Shown: positions 30,629 to 40,073, numbered from the stretch's first letter. The stretch is 64,000 nt of DNA from a bacterium (GCA_965203325.1 OZ241875.1:2688001-2752000); one strand, 5' to 3'. The notes: generated by a model from the sequence alone, not told the origin. Made by a program: numbers and translations.

Positions 30629-30823
30629 GCAGGGGCGGACCGCGAACCGCCCCTGCTATTTCGTTGTGTGTCTCGTAGGGGACAGGTCGCGACCTGTCCC
30701 TACACGTCCTCTTCTGTCCGGGTCGATCAAAAGCGCATTCATTTGTAGGGGCGGCCCCCCGTGACCGCCCACATCGTATATGTTCATCCCTGTGGCTGGA
30801 CAGGCACGGAGGCCTGTCCCTAC
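30629..30823. repeat. Cluster of four REP-like hairpins (GTAG family)
   Basis: Hairpins at 30629-30656, 30675-30703, 30745-30770 and 30798-30823; three carry GTAG/CTAC feet, the first has the GCAG/CTGC variant. Confidence 0.85.
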
Positions 30824-30827
30824 ACAC

Positions 30828-31619
30828 TCACGCGTTTTTGTCCGGCGGCCAGGGGGTGACGCCGATTTCACCGCGCATCAAGCGGCGGAACGCGACCCGC
30901 CGCCGGATATCGCGCGAGACGGCGCTCATGACGCGCCGCCACGTCACCGGGATGACGCCCTCTGCGCGCTTGTGTTCGGTGCGCGCGCGTCTGCGGTCGC
31001 GCTCGATCTGGGAATCGTCTTCCTCGTCGTGCGAGACGACGGGCGGGTCGACGTAGAACACGTTCAGCCCGTTCTCCCAGAAGCGCGAGAGCGCCTGGTC
31101 GATCTCCCACATCATCATGGGCGTGTTCTCGAGAAAATGGCGGGCCGCCTCGCGCGTGATGACGTAGCCCTCGCTGCCGTAGTCATGGTAGCGCACCCGC
31201 CCGACCCGGTGCCCCGTCGAAAGACGCTCGCAGGGAATGAAGGCTCTGCGCGAGCGCCGGTTCAGCTTCACGACGTCGAAGGCGAAGGGCCTTTGCTCGA
31301 GCGCGTCCAGCACCTCGGGCAGGTCCACAGACAGCCCGGCGTCGTCTTCGAAGATCGCCACGGTTTCCGGGCCGTTCTCCACGATTTCGCGCATCACCTG
31401 CCGCTGGCTCATCCAGTTGGCGATTGAGCCGTCGGCCTGGGGCCAGAGGCCCAGCCGCCGCCGGGTTTCCCTGTCGACCATAGAGTAAGTCTCTTGTGTG
31501 AAATCCCGAACCTCGGCGGCGGGGTGAAACGCCGCTTCCATAGCAAGAGAGGCGAACTGCTCCTCCATCCGGCGGCGGCGCTCCACGGCCCTTTCGAGAT
31601 TGATGACGAACACTTTCAT
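30828..31619 (-). CDS. Glycosyltransferase family 25
   Basis: VFVINLERAVERR, IFEDD, GYVITREAA. Confidence 0.88.
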   Translation of the reverse strand: MKVFVINLERAVERRRRMEEQFASLAMEAAFHPAAEVRDFTQETYSMVDRETRRRLGLWPQADGSIANWMSQRQVMREIVENGPETVAIFEDDAGLSVDLPEVLDALEQRPFAFDVVKLNRRSRRAFIPCERLSTGHRVGRVRYHDYGSEGYVITREAARHFLENTPMMMWEIDQALSRFWENGLNVFYVDPPVVSHDEEDDSQIERDRRRARTEHKRAEGVIPVTWRRVMSAVSRDIRRRVAFRRLMRGEIGVTPWPPDKNA

Positions 31620-31861
31620 GGTCGGGTCCCCTCGTGTCGGCGGACATCTTTACTCATCCGCCGGACGATTCTGACGCATTTTCTCCATTTAGTTCAAAGC
31701 GGCTGACGACGGTAATTCGTAGGGTTTTTTCAGGTTTGATCACTTCTGAATTTGCGATGATTGAATACTGAGGAGCAATGAGTATTAGAGGAAACGCTCA
31801 ACGTCACTTCAGTAACTCGTTTCACGCAGATTCATGGATTTGCGTCGCTTCATCTTGATTC

Positions 31862-32659
31862 TCAAACTAAATCGCCGTCGTTCTTTGCGCGCCGCACCTT
31901 GCGATAAAAGTATATCCGCTTGAGCGCCTCTTCCCGTAGATTACTCAGCACGCGGCGCCCAAGTTTCCAGAAATTCCGGCTCGGCCGGGAATCCGCCGCT
32001 TCCTGAAGGAAAGAATGGCCGCCCGCCTCGTTTCCATCGAATACGACGGGCGTTTCCAGGGAGAAGACGTTCAGCCCGCTTTCCCAGTACGCGTGCAGCG
32101 TATGGTCGGTGCGATGGATTATTCTTGGGAAACGCTCCAGGAGGCGGCGCGCCCCTTTTTTCGAAACGACGTAACTCTGCGTCCCCCAATCCGAAAACTT
32201 CGTGATGCCCAACTGGATGTCTGCATCGATTCTCTTGAGCGGAGTAAAGGGTTTGTCCGAATCGTTCCGATGCAGAAAAACGAAGTCGAATTCCCATCCC
32301 GAGGCGTAGAGCCGCGCAAGCGCATCGAGCGCGCCGCCGATTTCGGGAGCGAGCGTCACGTCGTCCTCGAAGACGGCGACCAGTTCATCCTCGCCCGCCG
32401 CGACGCCTTCAAGCGCCTTTCTGTGGCTTAGGTGACAGGCGATCATGCCGTCCGAAAGCGGGCGGCGGCCCTCCATGTCACGGGATATCCTGTCCACGAG
32501 GGCCCAGTTTTTTTGGTTCAAATCGCGCCAGTCAATAGCGTCTAAAATCTCGAATTCGACCCCCAAAGCGTCGAACTGTTTGCGCATCGCCAGACGACGT
32601 TCTTCAGCGCGGGGCAGGTTGATGACGATGGACTTCATCTCGCGAGGCGAGCGACCCAC
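31862..32659 (-). CDS. Glycosyltransferase family 25
   Basis: VINLPRAEERR, ACHLSHRK, VFEDD, SYVVSKKGA; may start at the internal Met (32638). Confidence 0.9.
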   Translation of the reverse strand: MGRSPREMKSIVINLPRAEERRLAMRKQFDALGVEFEILDAIDWRDLNQKNWALVDRISRDMEGRRPLSDGMIACHLSHRKALEGVAAGEDELVAVFEDDVTLAPEIGGALDALARLYASGWEFDFVFLHRNDSDKPFTPLKRIDADIQLGITKFSDWGTQSYVVSKKGARRLLERFPRIIHRTDHTLHAYWESGLNVFSLETPVVFDGNEAGGHSFLQEAADSRPSRNFWKLGRRVLSNLREEALKRIYFYRKVRRAKNDGDLV

Positions 32660-32724
32660 AGTTTTACTCCTTCGACCTCGATTATGGTTTTCTGTCAGCC
32701 AAGTCCATTCTATTTCTGCGGTCG

Positions 32725-32757
32725 GATAGTAGCATTTTCTTGTTTATGGGGTAACGA
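32725..32757 (-). promoter_or_regulatory. Putative sigma70 extended -10 promoter, copy 1 of a 33-bp duplicated element
   Basis: Minus strand TTACCC-17 bp-TACTAT with upstream TG; 27/33 identical to 34636-34668. Confidence 0.5.
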
Positions 32758-32825
32758 GGGGAACGGGAATCATCGGGTAGAGTGTATGTTTGCGTTCGTG
32801 TTTGGTTTACTGCACAAACGAATTT

Positions 32826-32856
32826 GTAGATGGCGGTCCCTCCTCGGGACCGCCCC
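32826..32856 (+). repeat. GTAG-type REP-like hairpin
   Basis: GTAG followed by GGCGGTCCC-TCCTC-GGGACCGCC; flanks resemble the 30745 copy. Confidence 0.6.
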
Positions 32857-33057
32857 ACGTATACATTTGGCCCGTGGTTGGGAGGCGAAGAAAGCCGAGT
32901 TGCATATATGCTAACCTTACAATATCCAAACGATGTAGGGATGCGGTTCGTCCGTGTTGTTATCTTTATTTGACTGGCGATGCGGCTAGGCTCCGAGAAG
33001 ATAAGACTTTCGAGTTTTTTCTTCTTACATGTAAAGAGATAAAGAGGTTTATATGCC

Positions 33058-33759
33058 ATGAAGATACGGCACATGATTAACAGACTTATCGCCGGAAGCG
33101 GTTATCAGATAACCAAGGAAACTTCGGGGTCTGGTTCTTATTATGATTACGCTCTCCATGTCTACAAGAATGAAAATGGGTCGTTCGATTATGCGCGTTA
33201 TCGGAAAATCCAGCAGGAGGGAAACTTGCGAAAGATTCAGCAGACGTGGGCTGCGGAGGAGAATATCCAGTTTCTCGCGGACTATATTCGATCCGAAATC
33301 GGTACGCCCACGTTCGGAATTTGCCACGGGACAAGGCGGGGAGAAGAACAAGCATGGTTTCGTAAATGCTTGAGTTGCGAGGTCATCGGAACGGAAATAT
33401 CCGATACTGCGAAGGATTTTCCCCATACTTTGCAATGGGATTTCCATGAAGAGAACCCTGAATGGTCGAACAGGGCCGATTTTGTCTATAGCAATTCATT
33501 GGATCATAGCTACGATCCAGAGATGTGTCTCAATACGTGGATCAACAGTTTGAAGATTGGCGGCCTCTGCATTCTGGAACATGATCACCACGAGCATAGC
33601 CCGAATAACCAGAACGAACTCGATCCCTTCGGTGTGGATATCGTTGTGATGGCCTACCTGATCGCGGTTTGGGGGAAAGACCGGTTTTTCCTGAAGGAGT
33701 TGATTGACGCACCGCTCGGCAATATGCGGCGGTTCTTAATTATGCAGCGACGCAAATAA
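33058..33759 (+). CDS. Putative class I SAM-dependent methyltransferase (low GC)
   Basis: ICHGTRRG as atypical motif I, IGTEIS, DFVYSNSLDH, LKIGG; visibly more AT-rich than neighbours. Confidence 0.6.
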   Translation: MKIRHMINRLIAGSGYQITKETSGSGSYYDYALHVYKNENGSFDYARYRKIQQEGNLRKIQQTWAAEENIQFLADYIRSEIGTPTFGICHGTRRGEEQAWFRKCLSCEVIGTEISDTAKDFPHTLQWDFHEENPEWSNRADFVYSNSLDHSYDPEMCLNTWINSLKIGGLCILEHDHHEHSPNNQNELDPFGVDIVVMAYLIAVWGKDRFFLKELIDAPLGNMRRFLIMQRRK

Positions 33760-33836
33760 CTTCCAGCGCTTTTCGTTGGCTGAAGTGGCATGCGATTGCC
33801 ATTCGATAGCGGGCGGTTACCCTCGGCGAAAAAGCA

Positions 33837-33860
33837 GGGTTGCATGTATGCAACCCCTAC
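33837..33860 (-). repeat. GTAG-type REP-like hairpin
   Basis: GGGTTGCAT-GT-ATGCAACCC-CTAC (GTAG foot on the minus strand). Confidence 0.65.
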
Positions 33861-33900
33861 AGATGCGTATTTCCTCCCATGCGCACCCTTCCCTATGCGC

Positions 33901-34596
33901 TCAATGCCATGACAGGTTGATGTAGGGTCGTTCGATGTTTTGAGATTTTTCGTCGAGGGCGTAGATACGCTGTTTATGAGCAGGGATACGCTTTTCGTGT
34001 GTTTCCACAAAGATATTCTCGATGCACGCCAGGATATCCGGTCGGTCGAACAAGGATTCGAGCAGGTCGACTTCGGCGCCTTCGATGTCGATCTTGAGCA
34101 CCCCGATCTCTTCGTCGAGATTCTCTAAATAGCGGATGAAGTCTATCTGCCTGACCTCAACGGTATTCTCCTGGGCGATATCCCGCTTGTCGGAGATGAC
34201 CGAACTCGATATTGAATACGAGGCGGGATCGTTCTCGAATTGATCATGCCGGTAGAGAGGTATCTTCTTCTCGCACACGCCTGCCGCCGCGTTCACAATT
34301 GTGACGTTGTCGAGATCCGCAACTCCCGCCCGAAGCTCCGCGCAGGCCCAAGGATCGGGTTCGAAGGCGATGACCCGTTTGGCCTTTAGCGCCATCTTTC
34401 TGGTGTAAATGCCGACGTTTGCTCCCAGGTCGATACACGTTTTGCCTTCGGAGCGGCGGAGCGCCTCCTCGAACACCGCCTTGGCATGCAGCCCTTGAAA
34501 TTTCCGCTGGTAATAGCGGCCCCAATCTCCCGGCAGCCTGCGAAGCAGGTTGTACCGGAAAAATTTATAGGTTTGATAGAAGCCCGATTTTTTCAT
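33901..34596 (-). CDS. FkbM-family methyltransferase
   Basis: IDLGANVG, IAFEPD, LKIDIEGAE, VETH. Confidence 0.9.
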   Translation of the reverse strand: MKKSGFYQTYKFFRYNLLRRLPGDWGRYYQRKFQGLHAKAVFEEALRRSEGKTCIDLGANVGIYTRKMALKAKRVIAFEPDPWACAELRAGVADLDNVTIVNAAAGVCEKKIPLYRHDQFENDPASYSISSSVISDKRDIAQENTVEVRQIDFIRYLENLDEEIGVLKIDIEGAEVDLLESLFDRPDILACIENIFVETHEKRIPAHKQRIYALDEKSQNIERPYINLSWH

Positions 34597-34635
34597 TGCT
34601 CCCCCGCAGACCGGCTCCATTCCATCTCAGCCGGC

Positions 34636-34668
34636 GATAGTAGCATTTCTTCGCCGATGGGGTAACGA
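34636..34668 (-). promoter_or_regulatory. Putative promoter, copy 2 of the 33-bp duplicated element
   Basis: GATAGTAGCATTT-N8-ATGGGGTAACGA directly upstream of the FkbM gene. Confidence 0.5.
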
Positions 34669-34740
34669 CTCTCGGGTTGCATCCTTTTCCCCCGACCGGG
34701 TTCGGCCCCCAACTCCCTTGAAAGCGAAATCCCATAACGT

Positions 34741-34884
34741 CAACCCCCCCTACCCCCCTTTGTCAGGGGTCAAACGCGAGTGAGGAACGAGCGTTTGCAT
34801 GAGCCATTGGTGAAAAACATCAGTTCGCAATTCCTCGCTCCTCGCTTGGAATTGACCCCTGACAAGGGAGGGTAGGGGGGGTTG
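34741..34884. repeat. 144-bp element bounded by 33-bp C/G-tract inverted repeats
   Basis: 34741-34773 versus 34852-34884 match 31/33; same family as 25565-25588+27116-27122 and 27195-27227. Confidence 0.85.
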
Positions 34885-35533
34885 CTTTCGACGAGAGAGA
34901 GCGGGGGTTCGCGCGAAAGCGGCCTTCCCGCTAAAGGCAATATCCCCCAGACGAGAACTTTCTCAACACCCCCCAGCCGGATGCGAGCCCGCATTTCCCC
35001 GCATTCGGCGTTACCGGGTTTTCGTCGGGATGGGCGAGAATCACGCGCGCGAACGGGAGGAATTCCGATGGACCAGGGAGGAGGAAAGCGAATGGACCCG
35101 GCAATCCATATTCCACCGGCGGCGGATGCTGCGCTTTCCGCGCGATCGGAATTACTGAAAAATAAGATAAATATCGATAAATTCACGGGGTTTTTCGATA
35201 AATTTCTGGAAATTATTGACTATGCAAGTGGTTGTAATCAAAAGAGTTACCATATAAACTTGAGCGTTCCACACTCAGATATGGCGCAAAAAAATTTCAA
35301 GTCTCCGCATCTGCCCGCATTTGCGATGAATCGAGCGCGGTTTCGCGCATTTCCCCGCAAGTTCTCCATCCCCCGCATCCCCTGCCCGGCCCGAGGCCGC
35401 GTGCCGAAAAACCGGGATGGATTCTCGCGCCGAAATGAGGGATAATAGAGGCACCCAACGTCAGGAACGATAATGTCGCCTCCCGGCTCCATGAGGCGAG
35501 AGGCATGTCTATTCCAACCCAGGAGGTCAGCAG

Positions 35534-36508
35534 ATGAAAACGTATCGCATCCTGTGTATCGCTCTGATAGCCGTGTTCGCAGCCGCGTTGCCGCTGCAAT
35601 CCGCTTCGGCGGCCTATCCCGACAAGCCGATTCAGTTCATCATTCCCTTCGGCGCCGGCGGAGGCGCCGACATCGAGGGCAGGCTGCTCGCCAAGGGCAT
35701 GGCGAAAGAGCTCGGCGTTCCCGTGGTGGCCATCAACAAGCCGGGCGCGGGCGGCGCCGTCACCTACACGTTCGTCAAGAACTCCAAGCCCGACGGCTAT
35801 ACGGTGGCATGGAACTCCACCTCCGTCCTCACCTCTACGAACATCGGCAACGTGCCCTGGGACTACACGGCGCTCGACCACATCGGGCGGGTGCACTTCC
35901 AGCCTTTGACGGTGGCGGTGAACTACAAGTCGAAGTGGAAGACGGTCAAGGATTTCGTGGCCGACTGCAAGAAAAAGCCGAACACGCTCAAAATCGGCCA
36001 TGCGGGCACCGGCAGCACCACGCACTTGACGGCGGTCATCTTCACGAACATGACGGGCTGTAAGGCCATCCTCGTTCCCCTGGGCGTGAAGCGGCGCAAC
36101 GCGGCGCTTCTGAGCGGCGAGGTCGACGCCATGGGCGCGCCTCTCACGGGAGCGATTCGCCTGGCGAAAGCAAAGAAGTTCCGCATCATCACCCACATCA
36201 CGGGCAAGCGGAACCCGGCGATCCCCGACGTGCCCACCATGAAGGAGATGGGCCACGACATCGATTTCGACCATTTCCGGGGCTTGAGCGTGCCGAAGGG
36301 AACGCCCGCCGCGGTGAAGGCGAAACTCGTGGACGCCATGACGAAGGCCGCCAACTCGGACGCCTTCAAGAAGCTGGCCAAGACGAAGGGCTTCACGATC
36401 GACCCGAGCGGGCCGGAAGAGTTCGGCAAAATGCTCGCCAAGCGCGACAAGATTGTCGCCGACATCATGAAGGCCACGGGCGTATACAAGTCCAAGACGA
36501 AGAAATAA
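35534..36508 (+). CDS. tctC: Tripartite tricarboxylate transporter binding protein (Bug/TctC)
   Basis: YPDKPIQFIIPFGAGGGAD, NKPGAGG, PDGYT, PDVPT, PKGTP. Confidence 0.92.
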   Translation: MKTYRILCIALIAVFAAALPLQSASAAYPDKPIQFIIPFGAGGGADIEGRLLAKGMAKELGVPVVAINKPGAGGAVTYTFVKNSKPDGYTVAWNSTSVLTSTNIGNVPWDYTALDHIGRVHFQPLTVAVNYKSKWKTVKDFVADCKKKPNTLKIGHAGTGSTTHLTAVIFTNMTGCKAILVPLGVKRRNAALLSGEVDAMGAPLTGAIRLAKAKKFRIITHITGKRNPAIPDVPTMKEMGHDIDFDHFRGLSVPKGTPAAVKAKLVDAMTKAANSDAFKKLAKTKGFTIDPSGPEEFGKMLAKRDKIVADIMKATGVYKSKTKK

Positions 36509-36602
36509 TCGCGCCAGTCGCGTGACAGACGGGGGCCGCCTCTTCCAAGGAGGGGGCGGCCTTCGTTTTCGAGTCGTTTTCTCTCCTTAGGGCAGATTCG
36601 GC

Positions 36603-37085
36603 ATGGGTTTGAGAAACATCGTCGGCGGGGTGGTCATCCTCGGCTTCACGCTCTACTACGGCGGCCTCGCCACCCTGCTGCCAAAACGCACCACGACGGA
36701 CGCGCCGGGACCCCATTTCTTCCCGTACCTGATCACCGTCTCGATAATCGCTCTCGCTGTGATGCTCCTCTTTCAGGGGGTCAGGGGGCTGAAAGACTCC
36801 AATGGACTCGCCGACCTGAGGCCCGAAAGACCCCCGGCGAACGAGAATTTCAGCATCGCCCGCGCAGCGGCCGGCCTGGTGCTCACGGGGCTTTATTTCT
36901 TCGCACTCTCGACCTTCGGGTTCTTCTGGTCCACGCCCGTTTTCTTCGCCGCGCTCATGTGGACCTCGGGCGAGCGCCGTCCGCATATTCTCCTCGCTCT
37001 GGCGATTATCGTTCCCATGTTCCTGTTCTTCCTGTTCCGCGACCTTTTTCAGCTTCCCCTGCCGAGGGGAAGTTTTCTGGGATGA
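36603..37085 (+). CDS. tctB: TTT small membrane protein TctB
   Basis: GPHFFP, hydrophobic segments, C-terminal FQLPLPRG. Confidence 0.88.
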   Translation: MGLRNIVGGVVILGFTLYYGGLATLLPKRTTTDAPGPHFFPYLITVSIIALAVMLLFQGVRGLKDSNGLADLRPERPPANENFSIARAAAGLVLTGLYFFALSTFGFFWSTPVFFAALMWTSGERRPHILLALAIIVPMFLFFLFRDLFQLPLPRGSFLG

Positions 37086-37091
37086 CGCAAG

Positions 37092-38600
37092 ATGAACGGT
37101 GATTTGCTTCAGGGGTTCTACCTCGCCCTCGCGCCGACGAGCATTCTGGCAACGGCCCTGGGCGCCCTGCACGGTCTTATCTGCGGGATGATGCCGGGCC
37201 TCACGACGAGTGCGGGCATCATCATCCTCTTTCCGGTCACCTTCATCCTGGAGCCCACGACCGCGGTTGCGCTGCTGCTGGGCGTTTTCGCGGGCGGAAT
37301 GACGGGGGGGAGCTTCGCCGCCATCCTCATCAACATCCCAGGTTCGCCGTCGGCTTCTGCCACCACGATGGACGGTTTCCCTCTCACCCAGAAGGGAGAG
37401 TCCGGGCGGGCGCTGGGCGTTTCCATCGTGTCGAGCTTCACCGGCGGCCTCTTCAGCTTCTTCTGCCTGATATTGATTGCTCCGCAACTCACGAAAGTGG
37501 CCCTTCAGTTCCGCGCGGCCGACCTGTTCGGGCTGGTCTTTTTCGGAATGTCCGTCATCTCCGCCTTCGCGGCGAAATCGCTCGTCAAGGGTCTGTTGTC
37601 CACTTTTCTGGGTCTCATGATCGTCACGGTCGGGATGGATCCGCTCGTGGGGACTGCGCGTTTCACCTTCGGCGATGCGAACATGCTCGCGGGAATCCAC
37701 TTCATCGCCGCCCTCGTGGGCCTGTTCGCCATTCCGGAAATCGTGGCGAACCTGGCGGAGGGGAACATCCGCTCGGTCGCCTCCAGGTTCGGCCGCGTGT
37801 TTCCCAGCTGGGAGGACATCAAGAAAATCCGGCTTCCGGTGGCCATCGGCTCCGTGGTGGGTACTTTCGTCGGCATTCTCCCCGGCGCGGGCGGCCCGAT
37901 AGCCGTTTTCGTGAGCTACGACTATGCCCAGAAAATCAGCAAGGAGCCAGAGCAATTCGGCAAGGGATGCGTGGAGGGAGTCGCCGCGCCCGAATCGGCG
38001 AACAGCTCCATCGCCGGCGGGGCGCTCATCCCGATGATGACGCTGGGCATTCCGGGCGACCCGATAACCGCCATCCTCATCGGCGCCCTGCTGGTCCACG
38101 GCATGGCGCCGGGGCCGCTTCTTTTCGTGGAACAGGGCCCCTTCGCGTTTTCCGTGCTTTTCTCGTATTTCATCGCGATTTGCAGCACGGCGACGGTCGC
38201 GTTCCTGGGCTTGAGGGTTATCGTTAAACTGCTGTCCATCCCCCGCTCGCTGCTGCTTCCGATCATCGTCGCCCTGTGCGTTTTGGGGACTTACGCGCTC
38301 AGGAATTCCTTCTTCGACGTCTACGTCATGTTCTTCTTCGGCCTCGTGGCGCTTTCCTTCAAGTGGCTCGACATCCCGGTCGTTCCCATGCTTCTCGCGC
38401 TCGTGCTGGGGCGGCAGCTCGAAGAGCACATGCGGGTCGCCCTCGCTGCATCGAAGGGCGACATCTCGATTTTCTTCACTTCTCCGTGGTGTCTGTTTTT
38501 CCTGTGCCTCTCGATGGTTTCTTTCGCCTGGCCGTTCTTCCTGGAGTGGAGAGTCAGGAAAAGAGCGCTCAAGAAAGCGTCCGCCACTTCTTCCGCATAG
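37092..38600 (+). CDS. tctA: TTT large permease TctA
   Basis: MPGL, ILINIPG, DGFPL, GVAAPESAN, TLGIPGD. Confidence 0.93.
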   Translation: MNGDLLQGFYLALAPTSILATALGALHGLICGMMPGLTTSAGIIILFPVTFILEPTTAVALLLGVFAGGMTGGSFAAILINIPGSPSASATTMDGFPLTQKGESGRALGVSIVSSFTGGLFSFFCLILIAPQLTKVALQFRAADLFGLVFFGMSVISAFAAKSLVKGLLSTFLGLMIVTVGMDPLVGTARFTFGDANMLAGIHFIAALVGLFAIPEIVANLAEGNIRSVASRFGRVFPSWEDIKKIRLPVAIGSVVGTFVGILPGAGGPIAVFVSYDYAQKISKEPEQFGKGCVEGVAAPESANSSIAGGALIPMMTLGIPGDPITAILIGALLVHGMAPGPLLFVEQGPFAFSVLFSYFIAICSTATVAFLGLRVIVKLLSIPRSLLLPIIVALCVLGTYALRNSFFDVYVMFFFGLVALSFKWLDIPVVPMLLALVLGRQLEEHMRVALAASKGDISIFFTSPWCLFFLCLSMVSFAWPFFLEWRVRKRALKKASATSSA

Positions 38601-38832
38601 TAAGTGTTTCTTTTGCGGTGTGACTGGAAATGAGGTTTTCGCAGCTTTTCCGTTGTATCCGTCTTATGAGAACCAAGAGCGAAAAACCTGGGTCTTGACC
38701 CTGAATCGAGGCTCATCTAACCTGCTTTTTACGGCGAAAATGAATTTACTATGGCGTCCGGTTTCCGGTCTTGAACGGATGTGATTCCGGCTGTTCGGCT
38801 TCGTATGTTTCCATCTTCAAGGAGGGTTTCTC

Positions 38833-40053
38833 ATGTCTGGATATAGTAAAAAGGCGCTCATCGCCATAGTGGCATCATTGGCGATAGTCGCATCCGGCGC
38901 AAGTGTTTCGTTTGCGGCGAAAACCATCAAGATAGGCGTTCTCTCTCCATTGACGGGACTTTATTCCATCGTGGGGAAAAGGACGAGCCAGGGCATCAAT
39001 ATGGCCGTCAAGGAAATCAATGGCGCAGGCGGTGTTCTGGGCCACAAGTTCGAGGCGCTGATCCGGGATTCCGAGACCAACCCGGCGAGTTCGGTGCGCA
39101 CGGCGAGGCGGCTGATCCTGCGCGATAAGGTCTTCGCCCTGCTCGGCCCGCTGCATGGCGGAGCGGCCATCGCCGTGTTGCAGGAATCGAAAAAGCTCAA
39201 GACGATGAACTTCCCCTGGGCGGCGACCGAGGAGATCAACACGAAATTCTGCAGCCGCTACACCTGGCGCGTGGGAAGCAGCGCGCAGCAGACTTCCCGC
39301 GCGGGCGCCGTCATCGCCCACCGGCTGGGCTTGAAGAAATGGGCGACGATATCTTCTGATTTTTCGTACGGCCGCTCCGTCGTCCGGCAGTTCTGGAACT
39401 ACCTCAAAGAACGCGACCCGAGCGCGAAACGCCCCTATGCGGCATGGCCGAAGCTGGGAGAGAACGATTATTCCGCCTACATCAACAAGATGCAGAAGGC
39501 GAAGCCCGACGCCATCTACGTTGGCCTGTTCGGCGCGGACCTCATCAAGTTCATGAAGCAGGCGCGTTCCTTCGGCATGTACGAGAAGGTGAAGATATTT
39601 ACCGATTTCGGCGGCAACCACGTGTTGCTCAAGGCGCTCGGCGATCAGGCGCCGTTCGGGCATTGGGCGAGTTCGCGATATCTGCACAACTATCCGGTTT
39701 CCGCGAACAACAAGCGTTTCGTGGACAACTTCCGCAAGGCGTACAACGTATATCCGGACATGATGGCCGGCGAGGCGTATTCGACCGTCCACGTGATTGC
39801 GGAATCCATCCGCCGCGCAGGCGCCGTGGACAAGGAGAAGGCGATTGACGCCATGGGGGGTGTCGCCTTCAACGCGCCCGAGGGATGGATCATCATGCGC
39901 CCCTCCGACCACCAGGGCTGGCAGTCCAGCTTCTGGGGCGTGATTTCAAAGAGCAAGAAATACCCTTTCCCGATTCTCTCGAATATCCAGGTGATCTCTC
40001 CCGTCGAGGGTTCTCACTCCGACGAGAACACGGGCCAGGGCTGCCGGAAATAA
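38833..40053 (+). CDS. Branched-chain amino acid-type ABC substrate-binding protein
   Basis: IKIGVLSPLTG, EINGAGGVLG, signal peptide. Confidence 0.9.
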   Translation: MSGYSKKALIAIVASLAIVASGASVSFAAKTIKIGVLSPLTGLYSIVGKRTSQGINMAVKEINGAGGVLGHKFEALIRDSETNPASSVRTARRLILRDKVFALLGPLHGGAAIAVLQESKKLKTMNFPWAATEEINTKFCSRYTWRVGSSAQQTSRAGAVIAHRLGLKKWATISSDFSYGRSVVRQFWNYLKERDPSAKRPYAAWPKLGENDYSAYINKMQKAKPDAIYVGLFGADLIKFMKQARSFGMYEKVKIFTDFGGNHVLLKALGDQAPFGHWASSRYLHNYPVSANNKRFVDNFRKAYNVYPDMMAGEAYSTVHVIAESIRRAGAVDKEKAIDAMGGVAFNAPEGWIIMRPSDHQGWQSSFWGVISKSKKYPFPILSNIQVISPVEGSHSDENTGQGCRK

Positions 40054-40073
40054 TCATTGCGCGTGAAGCCATA

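Noticed and set aside
32682..33080. Short ORFs in the AT-rich intergenic region of the island
   Set aside because: No recognisable motifs or RBS, and they overlap repeats and promoter-like sequence.
35279..35302. Minus-strand sigma32-like promoter (CTTGAAA..CCATAT)
   Set aside because: The spacer is only about 8 bp, too short, and no credible gene follows.
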